NCBI GenBank assembly: GCA_963761305.1
Contig: CAVXGK010000002.1
Coordinates: 512,001-576,000, forward strand
Direction: 5' to 3'
From: an uncultured Gemmatimonadaceae bacterium
Lineage (GTDB): Bacteria > Gemmatimonadota > Gemmatimonadetes > Gemmatimonadales > Gemmatimonadaceae
Length of the DNA: 64,000 nucleotides
Program-made: the position numbers and the translations under genes
The notes under the pieces: generated by a model
Databases searched by the model: none
What the model saw: the letters and a program-made list of their open reading frames with translations, nothing else
Told to the model about the DNA's origin: nothing
In this document: piece by piece, positions 38,668 through 47,696 of the stretch
How positions within the stretch are numbered: position 1 is the first letter of the stretch
Layout of the letters: each line of letters begins with the position of its first letter

Positions 38668-39689
38668 ATTTCTTAGCGTCGCTGCACGGCCGCGCGGCGG
38701 CGGCCGCGCGGCGCATTATGTTTCCTGAATCCGCGGACGAGCGGACGCGAGCCGCGGTGTCCGAGCTCGCCCGCCGTGGAATCGTGCGCCCGATCGTGGT
38801 GCTCGATCACGGAGCGCCGGAGAGCCACGCCGCGGTTCGCGCATTGGGTGTGGACGTGCTGGACCCGATGCAGCAACCACTTCCGGAGACTGCCCTCAAC
38901 GATTTTCTCAGCCGGCACGGGGCGCGCGGTATCACAAAAGAAGAAGGACGTTCCATTCTCCACACGCCGCTGCACTACGCCGATGCGATCGTCGCGCTGG
39001 GCGGTGCGGACGGCTGCGTCGCCGGCGCGATGCACACCACCGGCGACGTGCTGCGCTCGGCGCTCTGGCTCGTGGGTCCGGCGACCGGAGTGCGCACCGT
39101 CTCGAGCGCCTTCTACATGGTCGTGAAAGCGTTCCGTGGACCGAGCGAGGAGGTGCTCACCTTCACCGACTGCGCGGTCGTCCGCTACCCGACGTCCACG
39201 CAGCTCGCCGACATCGCCGTTGCCGCGGCCATCGACCGGCGGCGCATCGTCGGTGACGAGCCGATCGTGGCGTTTCTTTCGTTTAGCACGCGGGGCAGCG
39301 CGTCGGGCACGTCGGTGGACACCGTTCGCGACGCGGTCGCCGAGGTGCGAGCGCGAATGCCCGGGCTCGCGGTGGACGGAGAATTGCAAGGAGACGCAGC
39401 GCTCGCTTCGGCCGTGGCCGGTAGGAAGGCGCCGGATAGCGCCGTTGCGGGACGCGCTAACGTACTGGTGTTTCCATCGCTCGATGCGGGAAACATCGCG
39501 TACAAGTTGGTGCAGCGATTGGCTCACGCGAATGCGATCGGGCCGATCGTGCAGGGATTGAGTCGGCCGTGCAGCGATCTTTCGCGCGGCGCGGTCGTGG
39601 AGGACATATTCAACGTGGCCGCTGTGACGGCGCTCCAATCCGTGAGCGTCCCGGCGGTGAACGAGGCCCGCCAGGAGAGTACGACATGA
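38664..39689 (+). CDS. pta: Phosphate acetyltransferase (short form)
   Basis: FPES, TDCAV, LSFSTRGS, DGELQGDAA, FPSLDAGNIAYKL, DLSRG. Confidence 0.93.
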   Translation: MNFLASLHGRAAAAARRIMFPESADERTRAAVSELARRGIVRPIVVLDHGAPESHAAVRALGVDVLDPMQQPLPETALNDFLSRHGARGITKEEGRSILHTPLHYADAIVALGGADGCVAGAMHTTGDVLRSALWLVGPATGVRTVSSAFYMVVKAFRGPSEEVLTFTDCAVVRYPTSTQLADIAVAAAIDRRRIVGDEPIVAFLSFSTRGSASGTSVDTVRDAVAEVRARMPGLAVDGELQGDAALASAVAGRKAPDSAVAGRANVLVFPSLDAGNIAYKLVQRLAHANAIGPIVQGLSRPCSDLSRGAVVEDIFNVAAVTALQSVSVPAVNEARQESTT

Positions 39690-40018
39690 GCTTCTCGATC
39701 AAGAAGGACGGGCAGGTCGTAGTGGTGGACGTGGAGGGCCAGCTGATCGTCGGCAATCGCCAGGAGCTGAAGCAGAAGGTGCTCGACGAGTTGGAGCGCG
39801 GTGAACGCCGATTCTTGATCGACTTCGCGCAGACGGGATACATCGACAGTTCCGGCCTTGGCGTGCTCGTTTCACTGTCGAAGAAGATTCGTGAGCAGGG
39901 CGGTGAGCTCCGCCTGGCGAATCTCAATGACGACCTCAAGACGCTGTTCGAGTTGACGAAGCTGGACACGCTGTTCCAAATCGCCGACACCCGCGACCGA
40001 GCGTTGAAGAGCTTCTGA
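39686..40018 (+). CDS. STAS-domain anti-sigma factor antagonist (RsbV/SpoIIAA-like)
   Basis: YIDSSGLGVLV phosphorylatable serine motif; LFELTKLD. Confidence 0.95.
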   Translation: MSFSIKKDGQVVVVDVEGQLIVGNRQELKQKVLDELERGERRFLIDFAQTGYIDSSGLGVLVSLSKKIREQGGELRLANLNDDLKTLFELTKLDTLFQIADTRDRALKSF

Positions 40019-40497
40019 CACATCCGGACGGCCGTCCCATCCAGCCCGGTTCCCCGGGCCGCTCCGACCATTCCGGCGACCCCGCTCGGGTCGTTGAACT
40101 CGACATTCCCAACGACGTTCGCTACATCGAGAACGTCGTTGAACTGGTGCGCCGCGAGTGCATCGAGCTGTCGTACGGCCAGCGACAGCTCATGCTCAAC
40201 GTCCCCGTCGCGCTGACCGAAGCGTTGTCCAACGCGATCCTGCGCGGCAACGGCGACGATCCGGCCAAACACGTCCACGTCCGGGCCGAAGTCGACTCGG
40301 AGCGGCTCGTCGTCGAGGTTGCCGACGAGGGCGCCGGGTTCGATCTCGACGCCTCGCTCGTCGACCCGACCACTCCGGGAAACATCGATCGCGAGGACGG
40401 CCGCGGCCTGTTCCTGATGCGAAAGCTCATGGACCGCGTCGAGCGTATCGAGGCTCCCCACGGAAGCGTCGTGCGCATGACGCTGCACCGCGAATGA
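40015..40497 (+). CDS. Anti-sigma factor serine kinase (RsbW/SpoIIAB-like); probable CTG start
   Basis: EALSNAILRGN, DEGAGFD, GRGLFLM GHKL boxes; family-like N-terminus ELDIPNDVRYIENVV lies upstream of the first GTG (40147). Confidence 0.88.
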   Translation: MTHPDGRPIQPGSPGRSDHSGDPARVVELDIPNDVRYIENVVELVRRECIELSYGQRQLMLNVPVALTEALSNAILRGNGDDPAKHVHVRAEVDSERLVVEVADEGAGFDLDASLVDPTTPGNIDREDGRGLFLMRKLMDRVERIEAPHGSVVRMTLHRE

Positions 40498-42089
40498 CCG
40501 AGCTGTCCGAAGTCCTCGAGGCCTTCGAGGCCGCGACGCAGTGCGAGGCGGCGATCTGGATGCACGCCGCCGGAGATCCGCGGTCGATCGTGCGCGTCGC
40601 GTCGACCCGCGCGTCGCCGGAGATCCACGAATTCCCTGAGCCGGTCGAAGGGGAACGGGTGGTGCCGATCCCCGACGGTGAGGCGATCGTGTCCCTCGTG
40701 CCAGGTCCGCGCCGCGCATGGCTGGTCGTTGGACCCTCCCACACCGCGAGTGACGCGCGCCTCCTCACCCGGCTCCTCCTGCCCGTCGTCTCCCACTACC
40801 TCCAGTCCGCGCTCGAAGTCGAGCACGCCGCCAACGAGCTCGCCGAACGCTACGAGGAGATCAATCTCCTCTACACGATCAGCGAGATTCTCGGACGCAC
40901 GGTGTCGCTCGAGGAGGCGACGAAGACGATCCTGTCCGAAGTCTCCGAAACGGTCGGCGCGCGCCGCGCCACGGTGCTGGTTCTCGACCGGCCCACCAAC
41001 ACCCTTCGAGCCGTCGCCGCCCTCGGCGTCGACCTCATCGACGTCCCGCCAATTTCCGTGGACGATGCGTGCAGCGTGAGCGCGCAGGTGTTTCGGTCGC
41101 GCCACCCGGCGCTCCTCGACGGCGACGAATCGCTGTGCCCCGAAGAAGCCAGCTATCGTCGCGGCGCCATGCTCTCGGTGCCGATCATGTGGACGGCACC
41201 CGTGCCCCGCGAACCCGAGACGCTCGGCGTGGTGAATCTCTCGGACCGGCGATCGGGACAGCCGTTCACCGCCGGCGACCAGAAGCTCATCGCCGCCATC
41301 GCGACGCAGATCGGCACCGCGATCCAGAACGCGCGGCTCGTGCGCGCGTCGATCGAGCAGCAGCGGCTCGCGCACGAGATGCAGCTCGCGCACGACCTGC
41401 AGATGAAGCTCCTGCCCGACAACCAGATCGTGAGGGCGAACGCGCATGTCGCGGCGCGCGTCATTCCGGCCGAAAGCGTCGGCGGCGACTTCTACAACCT
41501 CTTCCACCTCGGCGAGTCGCGCACCGGCGTCATGATCGGCGACGTCTCGGGCCATGGCTATCAGGCGGCGCTCATCATGGCGCTGACCATGAGCGCGTCG
41601 GCGATCCATGCCCAGGCGACGACCGATCCGGGCAAGATGCTCCAGGCCCTGGCCCTGACGCTGCGCGAAGAGCTGACGATGACCGAAATGTTCATCTCGG
41701 CGTTTTACGCCGTGATCGATCCGCTCGCCGGCGAGCTGCGGTACTCGAACACGGGGCACCCGCACGCCTTCGTCTTGTCGCCCGGCAAAGGCATCGAGCG
41801 CCTCGCCGCGACCGATCCGCCGCTCGGCATGGACGAGCGCGCGCCGACTACCGTGACGCGATCCTGGAACCGCGACAAGGATCTTCTCGTCCTCTTCACC
41901 GACGGCGTCAGCGACGCGCGCAATCGAGTCGGCGAACGGCTCGGCGAGAATCGCGTGCTCGACGTCGTGCGGTCATTCGCGGACGCGGAGCCGCCGGCCA
42001 TTCTCGATCACATCATCGACGAGCTGAACACGCACCGCGACGGCGCCCCGCTGCGCGACGATCTCACGATCGTATTGCTGCGCAGCTGA
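40494..42089 (+). CDS. GAF-domain PP2C/SpoIIE phosphatase (RsbU-like)
   Basis: GAF domain (LSVPI..GVVNL..FTAGDQKL) then VGGDFY, IGDVSGHG, FTDGVSD, DDLT. Confidence 0.93.
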   Translation: MTELSEVLEAFEAATQCEAAIWMHAAGDPRSIVRVASTRASPEIHEFPEPVEGERVVPIPDGEAIVSLVPGPRRAWLVVGPSHTASDARLLTRLLLPVVSHYLQSALEVEHAANELAERYEEINLLYTISEILGRTVSLEEATKTILSEVSETVGARRATVLVLDRPTNTLRAVAALGVDLIDVPPISVDDACSVSAQVFRSRHPALLDGDESLCPEEASYRRGAMLSVPIMWTAPVPREPETLGVVNLSDRRSGQPFTAGDQKLIAAIATQIGTAIQNARLVRASIEQQRLAHEMQLAHDLQMKLLPDNQIVRANAHVAARVIPAESVGGDFYNLFHLGESRTGVMIGDVSGHGYQAALIMALTMSASAIHAQATTDPGKMLQALALTLREELTMTEMFISAFYAVIDPLAGELRYSNTGHPHAFVLSPGKGIERLAATDPPLGMDERAPTTVTRSWNRDKDLLVLFTDGVSDARNRVGERLGENRVLDVVRSFADAEPPAILDHIIDELNTHRDGAPLRDDLTIVLLRS

Positions 42090-42109
42090 TCGTCCGTCAT
42101 CGGCCAGCC

Positions 42110-42934
42110 ATGCCGCGCGAACCGCGTCCGCCGCGCGGACTTCCCCCAATCCGGAAGAGTCTCGGCCAGCATTTTCTCGACGATCGGCGCATCCTCGACC
42201 GGATCGTCGACGCGCTCGAGCCGGGCGAGAACGACACCGTCATCGAGATCGGGCCGGGGCGGGGGAGTCTCTCCGACGCGCTCGTGCGGCGCGTCGGTCG
42301 CCTGATTCTCGTCGAGTACGATCGCGCCCTCGCGGCGCGGCTTCGCGAGCGCTACGCTGGAACGCCGAGCGTGTCGGTCGTCGAGGGAGACGTGCTCGAG
42401 GTGTCGTTCGGACCGCTCGCCGGCGGACCGTTCAAGTTGATCGGCAACGTGCCCTACTACATCACGACGCCGATTCTCTTCCACGCGCTCGAACCGCCGC
42501 GCGCGTCACGCGTCGTGCTGCTCGTTCAACGCGAGGTCGCCGATCGCATCGTCGCGCCGCCGGGGACGAAGACCTACGGCGCGCTCTCGGTCAACGTGCA
42601 GGTCGTGGCGAGCGCCAGGATCGCGTTTCGCGTCGCGCCGGGCTCGTTCAACCCGCCGCCCAAGGTGGAAAGCGCCGTGGTGGTGATCGAGCCGCGGGCC
42701 GATCCGGTCGTCAGCGCTGAGGAAGAGGACTCGCTTCGGCGATTCGTGCAGGACGCGTTCGGCATGCGTCGCAAGCAGATGCGGCGCGTCGTGAGGTCGA
42801 TCGCCTCAGTCGACGCCGAACGCGCCGAGGCGGCATTGGCGCGCGTGGGGATCGATCCCGCCGTGCGGCCGGAGACATTGTCGCCCGTCGAGTTCGCGCG
42901 TCTCCGGAGAGAGTTGTTCAGTCGCGGTTCGTGA
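42110..42934 (+). CDS. rsmA: 16S rRNA dimethyltransferase KsgA
   Basis: KSLGQHFL, EIGPGRG, GNVPYYITT, QREVADR, FNPPPKVES. Confidence 0.97.
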   Translation: MPREPRPPRGLPPIRKSLGQHFLDDRRILDRIVDALEPGENDTVIEIGPGRGSLSDALVRRVGRLILVEYDRALAARLRERYAGTPSVSVVEGDVLEVSFGPLAGGPFKLIGNVPYYITTPILFHALEPPRASRVVLLVQREVADRIVAPPGTKTYGALSVNVQVVASARIAFRVAPGSFNPPPKVESAVVVIEPRADPVVSAEEEDSLRRFVQDAFGMRRKQMRRVVRSIASVDAERAEAALARVGIDPAVRPETLSPVEFARLRRELFSRGS

Positions 42935-43541
42935 GCGCGAAGCTCAATCCCTCGAGCTCCATCGCCATGTTCACCGTCTTGAGCGTGACGTCGGCCGGCG
43001 CGTGGAGCTGCGTGGGCGCGAAGTTGAGGATTGCCTTGACGCCGGCCCGCACGACGCGGTCCACGACACGCTGCGCTTCTTCTCCCGGCACCGTGACGAC
43101 GACGATGTCGGGCCGCTCCCGATTCGCATCGCGCTCGAGGTGCTCGATGTCGCGAATCGAGATGCCGTCCAGGTTCCGGCCGATCTTCTCGGGGTTGTTG
43201 TCATAAGCCGCGAGAATCGTGAAGCCGCGCTGACGGAAGCCGCGATACTGCGCGAGCGCCGCGCCGATTTTTCCCGCGCCGACGATCACGACGCGCCACT
43301 CGCGTCCCAGGCCGAGAATCTCGCGCAGCCTGCCCGCGAGCTCCGGCACGGAGTAGCCAAGTCCGCGCTTGCCGAAGGACCCGAAGAACGACAGGTCCTT
43401 CCGGACCTGCGCCGACGTGGTCCCGCCGCGATTGGCGAGCTCCTCGCTCGAGATGGTGGTCAGCCCGCGTTGCTCGAAGTCCTCCAGAAAACGGAGGTAC
43501 GCCGAGAGTCGTCGGACCGTAGAGTCTGCAATGCGTTTCAC
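42918..43541 (-). CDS. rex: Redox-sensing transcriptional repressor Rex
   Basis: TVRRLSAY, QVRKDLSFFGSFGKRGLGY, VGAGKIG, ILNFAP; convergent 17-bp overlap with rsmA. Confidence 0.97.
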   Translation of the reverse strand: MKRIADSTVRRLSAYLRFLEDFEQRGLTTISSEELANRGGTTSAQVRKDLSFFGSFGKRGLGYSVPELAGRLREILGLGREWRVVIVGAGKIGAALAQYRGFRQRGFTILAAYDNNPEKIGRNLDGISIRDIEHLERDANRERPDIVVVTVPGEEAQRVVDRVVRAGVKAILNFAPTQLHAPADVTLKTVNMAMELEGLSFALTNRD

Positions 43542-43556
43542 GTAAACGGGCGCTGC

Positions 43557-43574
43557 TTGTGAATTCATTCACAA
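43557..43574. promoter_or_regulatory. Rex operator (ROP)
   Basis: Perfect TTGTGAA-ttca-TTCACAA palindrome 15 bp upstream of the rex start. Confidence 0.93.
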
Positions 43575-43624
43575 GTTAAATGAAGGCGTAGGACGACACC
43601 AGCGGCGCGGCTAGGTTTGGACCC

Positions 43625-44863
43625 ATGCCGCCGGTCCACGTATCGTCGGAAATCGGACAGCTCAAGTCGGTCCTCGTCCACTCGCCGGGACCAGAACTGC
43701 TCGCTGTAACTCCAAGCAATCGGGCCGATTATCTCTACGACGACATCATCGAGGCCGAGTCCGCCCAGCGGGAGCATCGACGATTCATCACCGTCCTGGA
43801 ACGATTCGCCAAGGTCTACCAAGTCCGCTCGCTGCTCGCCGAAACACTCGGCACCCAGGAGTCGCGCGAGCTGTTGATTCGCGAGACGATGGACATCGTC
43901 CCGTCCGAGCCGTTGGCGCGCGACATCGGCGAGTTGGACGCGTCCGCACTGGTGCAAATGCTCATAGAGGGGCGCGACGAGCCGCCCGGCCCGATTGCCC
44001 GGGCACTCAACGAGCCCGGCCACGTCCTGCCGCCGCTCCCCAACCTGTTCTTCACGCGTGACAGCTGCGTCGTCGTGGGCAATCACGTCCTCGTCGGGTC
44101 GATGCGCTACGCGATCCGCTGGACGGAAGCGATCATCATGAAAGCGCTGTTCATGCACCATCCCGAGCTGCGCAACGCCGGCATTCTCTACGACGGCGCC
44201 GCCGAACGCCGCGTGAACTACACGATCGAAGGCGGCGACATCCACCCGCTGCGGCGGGACCTGGTGGTGATCGGCTTCAGCGAACGATCCAGCCCGGCCG
44301 CGATCGACCAGCTCGCGTCGACGCTGTTCGACGAGACTGAAGTGCGCGACGTCGTGGTCGTGGTCATGCCGAAGGAACACAACGCGATCCATCTCGACAT
44401 GATCTTCACGCAGGTCGATCGCGAACTGTGTGCGGTCTTCCCGCCGCACTTCATCGGACCGGAACGCCTGCCCGTGCTGCATTGGCGAAAGGGCGAGCAG
44501 ACGATCCACGAACAACCGAACATGTTTGCCGCGCTCTCGGAGTGCGGCATGCCGTTGGAACCGATATTCTGCGGCGGCGACCGTCGGACGCTGCAGGAAC
44601 GCGAGCAGTGGGCGTCCGGATGTAATTTCATCGCGATGCGTCCGGGGCTCATTCTTTCTTATCAGCGCAACGAGGCCACGCTGCACGAGCTGCGTCGCAT
44701 GGGATTTCGCCTCGTCGCCGCGTCGGCATTTCTGAACGGGGACGAGCGGATCGCCGAAGGCGAGCGCGCCGTGATCACGTTCGAAGGGAACGAGCTCGTT
44801 CGCGGTGGCGGCGGGCCGCGATGCATGACGTGCCCGGTGTTGAGGGAAGATCCGTGGAACTGA
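43625..44863 (+). CDS. arcA: Arginine deiminase
   Basis: SEIGQLKSVLVHSPG, PNLFFTRD, EGGD, HLD, ELVRGGGGPRCMTCP with catalytic Cys. Confidence 0.93.
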   Translation: MPPVHVSSEIGQLKSVLVHSPGPELLAVTPSNRADYLYDDIIEAESAQREHRRFITVLERFAKVYQVRSLLAETLGTQESRELLIRETMDIVPSEPLARDIGELDASALVQMLIEGRDEPPGPIARALNEPGHVLPPLPNLFFTRDSCVVVGNHVLVGSMRYAIRWTEAIIMKALFMHHPELRNAGILYDGAAERRVNYTIEGGDIHPLRRDLVVIGFSERSSPAAIDQLASTLFDETEVRDVVVVVMPKEHNAIHLDMIFTQVDRELCAVFPPHFIGPERLPVLHWRKGEQTIHEQPNMFAALSECGMPLEPIFCGGDRRTLQEREQWASGCNFIAMRPGLILSYQRNEATLHELRRMGFRLVAASAFLNGDERIAEGERAVITFEGNELVRGGGGPRCMTCPVLREDPWN

Positions 44864-44891
44864 AGCGGATGGTCCACCTGTCCACCCGCCG

Positions 44892-45812
44892 ATGAGCCCT
44901 ACCCTCGGCACGGCAGACACTATCCTCACCGAGCGCGCGGCGGGCTATCTCGCCGGCGGGCCCGCCGATTCACAAACGCTCATCTCGCACGTCTGCCAGC
45001 TCCCGGGCGCTCCGCCGATGATCGCCGAGCACATGGCGGCGGCGCTGTTCGCCGGGCACCAGCGGTTCACCCGCACGACGGACGGGCGGTGGACGCTGCG
45101 CGAGCGCGCCGTGGACGGCGCGACGTGGACGCCGGCCTCGAAGCGGCGAGGGGCGCAGGTCGTCGTGCGGAGATCTCCGCTCGACAACGAGTCGTTCATC
45201 GTCGTGGACGTCGAGGCGACGGGCTCGCGCGCCAGCTACGGCGATCGCATCACGGAAATCGCCGCGGTCCACGTGCAGCGTGGCGTCGTGACGCCGGTCT
45301 TCGAGACGCTGGTGAATCCCGAACGGCCGATTCCGCCGATGGTCGTCGCGCTCACCAAGATCACCGCCGAGATGGTCCGGCGCGCGCCGAAGTTCGCCGA
45401 GATCTGCGGCCAGTTGCTCGGCGTGCTCGAAGGGCACGTCTTCGTCGCGCACAACGCGGGCTTCGACTGGCGGTTTCTCTCGGCCGAGGTCGAACGCGCG
45501 ACCGGCCGGCCACTGCTCGGACGACGCGTGTGCACGGTGCGACTCGCTCGGCGGCTTCTTCCGCAGTTGCGCCGGCGGAATCTCGACGCCATCACGCACT
45601 TCTACGGCATTGAAAACCACGCGCGGCACCGCGCGGGCGGCGACGCGCTCGCCACAGCCCGTGCCTTCGCCAAGCTCCTCGACGCGGCGCGCGACCGCGG
45701 CATCGCGACCGTGGACGAGCTCGATCGCCTTTCTCGAACGCCGTCCGGGCGGCGGAAAAAGCGCCGCCCGCCCGCGATGCCTCACCCCGTTTCGGACGAC
45801 ACGACCTCATGA
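44892..45812 (+). CDS. DEDDh 3'-5' exonuclease (DnaQ/PolC-like) with extra N-terminal domain
   Basis: VVDVEATG, AHNAGFD, HRAGGDA exo I/II/III motifs. Confidence 0.9.
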   Translation: MSPTLGTADTILTERAAGYLAGGPADSQTLISHVCQLPGAPPMIAEHMAAALFAGHQRFTRTTDGRWTLRERAVDGATWTPASKRRGAQVVVRRSPLDNESFIVVDVEATGSRASYGDRITEIAAVHVQRGVVTPVFETLVNPERPIPPMVVALTKITAEMVRRAPKFAEICGQLLGVLEGHVFVAHNAGFDWRFLSAEVERATGRPLLGRRVCTVRLARRLLPQLRRRNLDAITHFYGIENHARHRAGGDALATARAFAKLLDAARDRGIATVDELDRLSRTPSGRRKKRRPPAMPHPVSDDTTS

Positions 45813-45819
45813 GCCCAGA

Positions 45820-46752
45820 ATGAGCACCGAAGCGAACCCCGTCGTCGCGCGCCATGGCGACTCGAGTGCGACGCCCGACCATCTCGTGCCGTCGGTGCAG
45901 ACGCGCCAGGTCGGCGGCCTGACGGTGCACGCGATTCAAGCGGGCGGGCAAAAACTCGACGGCGGAGCGATGTTCGGCGTCGTGCCGAAGCCGCTCTGGG
46001 AGCGCAAGGCGCCGGCCGACGCGCGCAACCGAATTCAGCTCGGCATGCGCTGCCTGCTCGTCGAGCATCCGATCGGCCTCGTGCTGATCGACACCGGGGT
46101 CGGAAACAAAGAGAACGAGAAGTTCCGGGACATTTACGGAATTGAAAACGCGGGGCAGGCGGGACCGACGTGGCTCGAGGACGGATTGGCGTCGCTGAAG
46201 CTCGAGCCCGACGACATCGCGATGGTGATCAGCAGCCACCTGCACTTCGATCACGCCGGCGGCAACACGACCAAGGGCGCCGACGGCGTGATTCGCCCGA
46301 CCTTTCCGAAGGCGCGCTACGTGATGCAGAGCGGGGAGCTCGACTACGCCAGGCACACAAACGAGCGAACGGCGGCGAGCTACTTCCCGCACAACTTCGA
46401 GCCGTTGGCGGCCACCGGGCAGCTCGAGTTGATCGACGGCGACCGCGAGATCGTCGCCGGAATTCACTCAGTGCTGACGCCGGGACACACGCCGTATCAC
46501 CAAGGCCTGCTCATCGAGTCGAATGGCGAGCTGGCGTTCTACATCGCCGATCTCGCGCCGACGGCGGCGCATTTGCCGCTGGCGTGGATCATGGGCTACG
46601 ACGTCGAGCCGCTGGTGACGCTCGAGACCAAGCGGCGGATTCTCAAGCGAGCCGTGGACGAGCGCTGGCTGGTCGTCTTCGAGCACGACCCGAAGAACGC
46701 CTGGAGCCGGTTGGGCTATGACGGGCGGACGTACGGACTTGCCACTTCTTGA
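45820..46752 (+). CDS. MBL-fold metallo-hydrolase (YtnP-like)
   Basis: LDGGAMFGVVPKPLW, SHLHFDHAGG, TPGHT, MGYD, FEHD. Confidence 0.92.
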   Translation: MSTEANPVVARHGDSSATPDHLVPSVQTRQVGGLTVHAIQAGGQKLDGGAMFGVVPKPLWERKAPADARNRIQLGMRCLLVEHPIGLVLIDTGVGNKENEKFRDIYGIENAGQAGPTWLEDGLASLKLEPDDIAMVISSHLHFDHAGGNTTKGADGVIRPTFPKARYVMQSGELDYARHTNERTAASYFPHNFEPLAATGQLELIDGDREIVAGIHSVLTPGHTPYHQGLLIESNGELAFYIADLAPTAAHLPLAWIMGYDVEPLVTLETKRRILKRAVDERWLVVFEHDPKNAWSRLGYDGRTYGLATS

Positions 46753-46923
46753 CCTAAACGGCCTTCGGGCCTAAGTTTAGCCCACAATCAGAAAAGCGGA
46801 CCGACCCTCGGTCCCACCCTCTGGCCCTCGCCGTTGGCGAGGCGTGCTGCAGGAGTCCATGAGATCCTGGCATCCCGATGGGAATGCCGGGCGTCGCGCG
46901 GACTCTTTTGGGTCCGCGTTTTT
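46749..46923 (+). promoter_or_regulatory. infC-rpmI-rplT promoter and L20-leader-like attenuator
   Basis: TTGACC-N17-TAAGTT (46749-46777); terminator CGCGGACTC-TTTT-GGGTCCGCG-T5 (46897-46923); upstream GCGGACC (46796-46802) is complementary to its 3' arm. Confidence 0.75.
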
Positions 46924-46948
46924 CGTTTGTCTCAACGAGGTTTTCTTT

Positions 46949-47464
46949 ATTCAGGACACCACAAAGCGCGTACGAGTCAATCGACAGATTCGTATCAGTC
47001 CGGTTCGCGTCATTGGAGCAGACGGGTCGCAGCTCGGCATTCTGGAAGTCGACGCCGCGCTTCGCATGGCGGAAGATCTGGGACTGGATTTGGTGGAGGT
47101 CGCCGCGACCGCCAGGCCGCCCGTGGTTCGCATCATGGACTACGGGAAGTACAAGTTCGAGATGGCCAAGCAGGCGCGGCTGGCGAAGAAAAAGCAGCAC
47201 GTGATCGAGCTCAAGGAAGTGAAGTACCGACCGGGCATCGACGATCACGACTTCGACACCAAGACGCGGCACGCGCGCCGGTTCCTCGAAGAGAAGAACA
47301 AGGTGAAGGTGACGATGATGTTCCGCGGGCGTCAGGTCGCGCACCCCGAGCTCGGCCAAGCCGTGCTCGACCGGGTCGCGTCGGCGCTCACCGACATCGG
47401 CAAGATCGAGAGCGCGGGTCGTCTGGAAGGGAAGTCGATGACGATGATTCTCGCGCCAAAATGA
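46949..47464 (+). CDS. infC: Translation initiation factor IF-3 (ATT start)
   Basis: [40 protein letters not shown]8-ATT start. Confidence 0.97.
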   Translation: MQDTTKRVRVNRQIRISPVRVIGADGSQLGILEVDAALRMAEDLGLDLVEVAATARPPVVRIMDYGKYKFEMAKQARLAKKKQHVIELKEVKYRPGIDDHDFDTKTRHARRFLEEKNKVKVTMMFRGRQVAHPELGQAVLDRVASALTDIGKIESAGRLEGKSMTMILAPK

Positions 47465-47483
47465 AATTTCAGAGGGACTGACG

Positions 47484-47678
47484 ATGAAAATGAAAACCCA
47501 CAAGGGCGCGAAGAAGCGCTTCAAGGTGACCGGTACCGGCAAGGTCCGCCGCTACAAGGCGTTCAAGAGCCACATCCTCACCAAGAAGACCGCCAAGCGG
47601 AAGCGCCGCCTGCGACAGGCCGGTCTGGTGTCCACGCACGGTGAAGAAAAGCGACTGAAGCGCCTGCTGCAGGCCTAG
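47484..47678 (+). CDS. rpmI: 50S ribosomal protein L35
   Basis: [25 protein letters not shown]. Confidence 0.98.
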   Translation: MKMKTHKGAKKRFKVTGTGKVRRYKAFKSHILTKKTAKRKRRLRQAGLVSTHGEEKRLKRLLQA

Positions 47679-47696
47679 GAACGGGAGAAGCCACCA

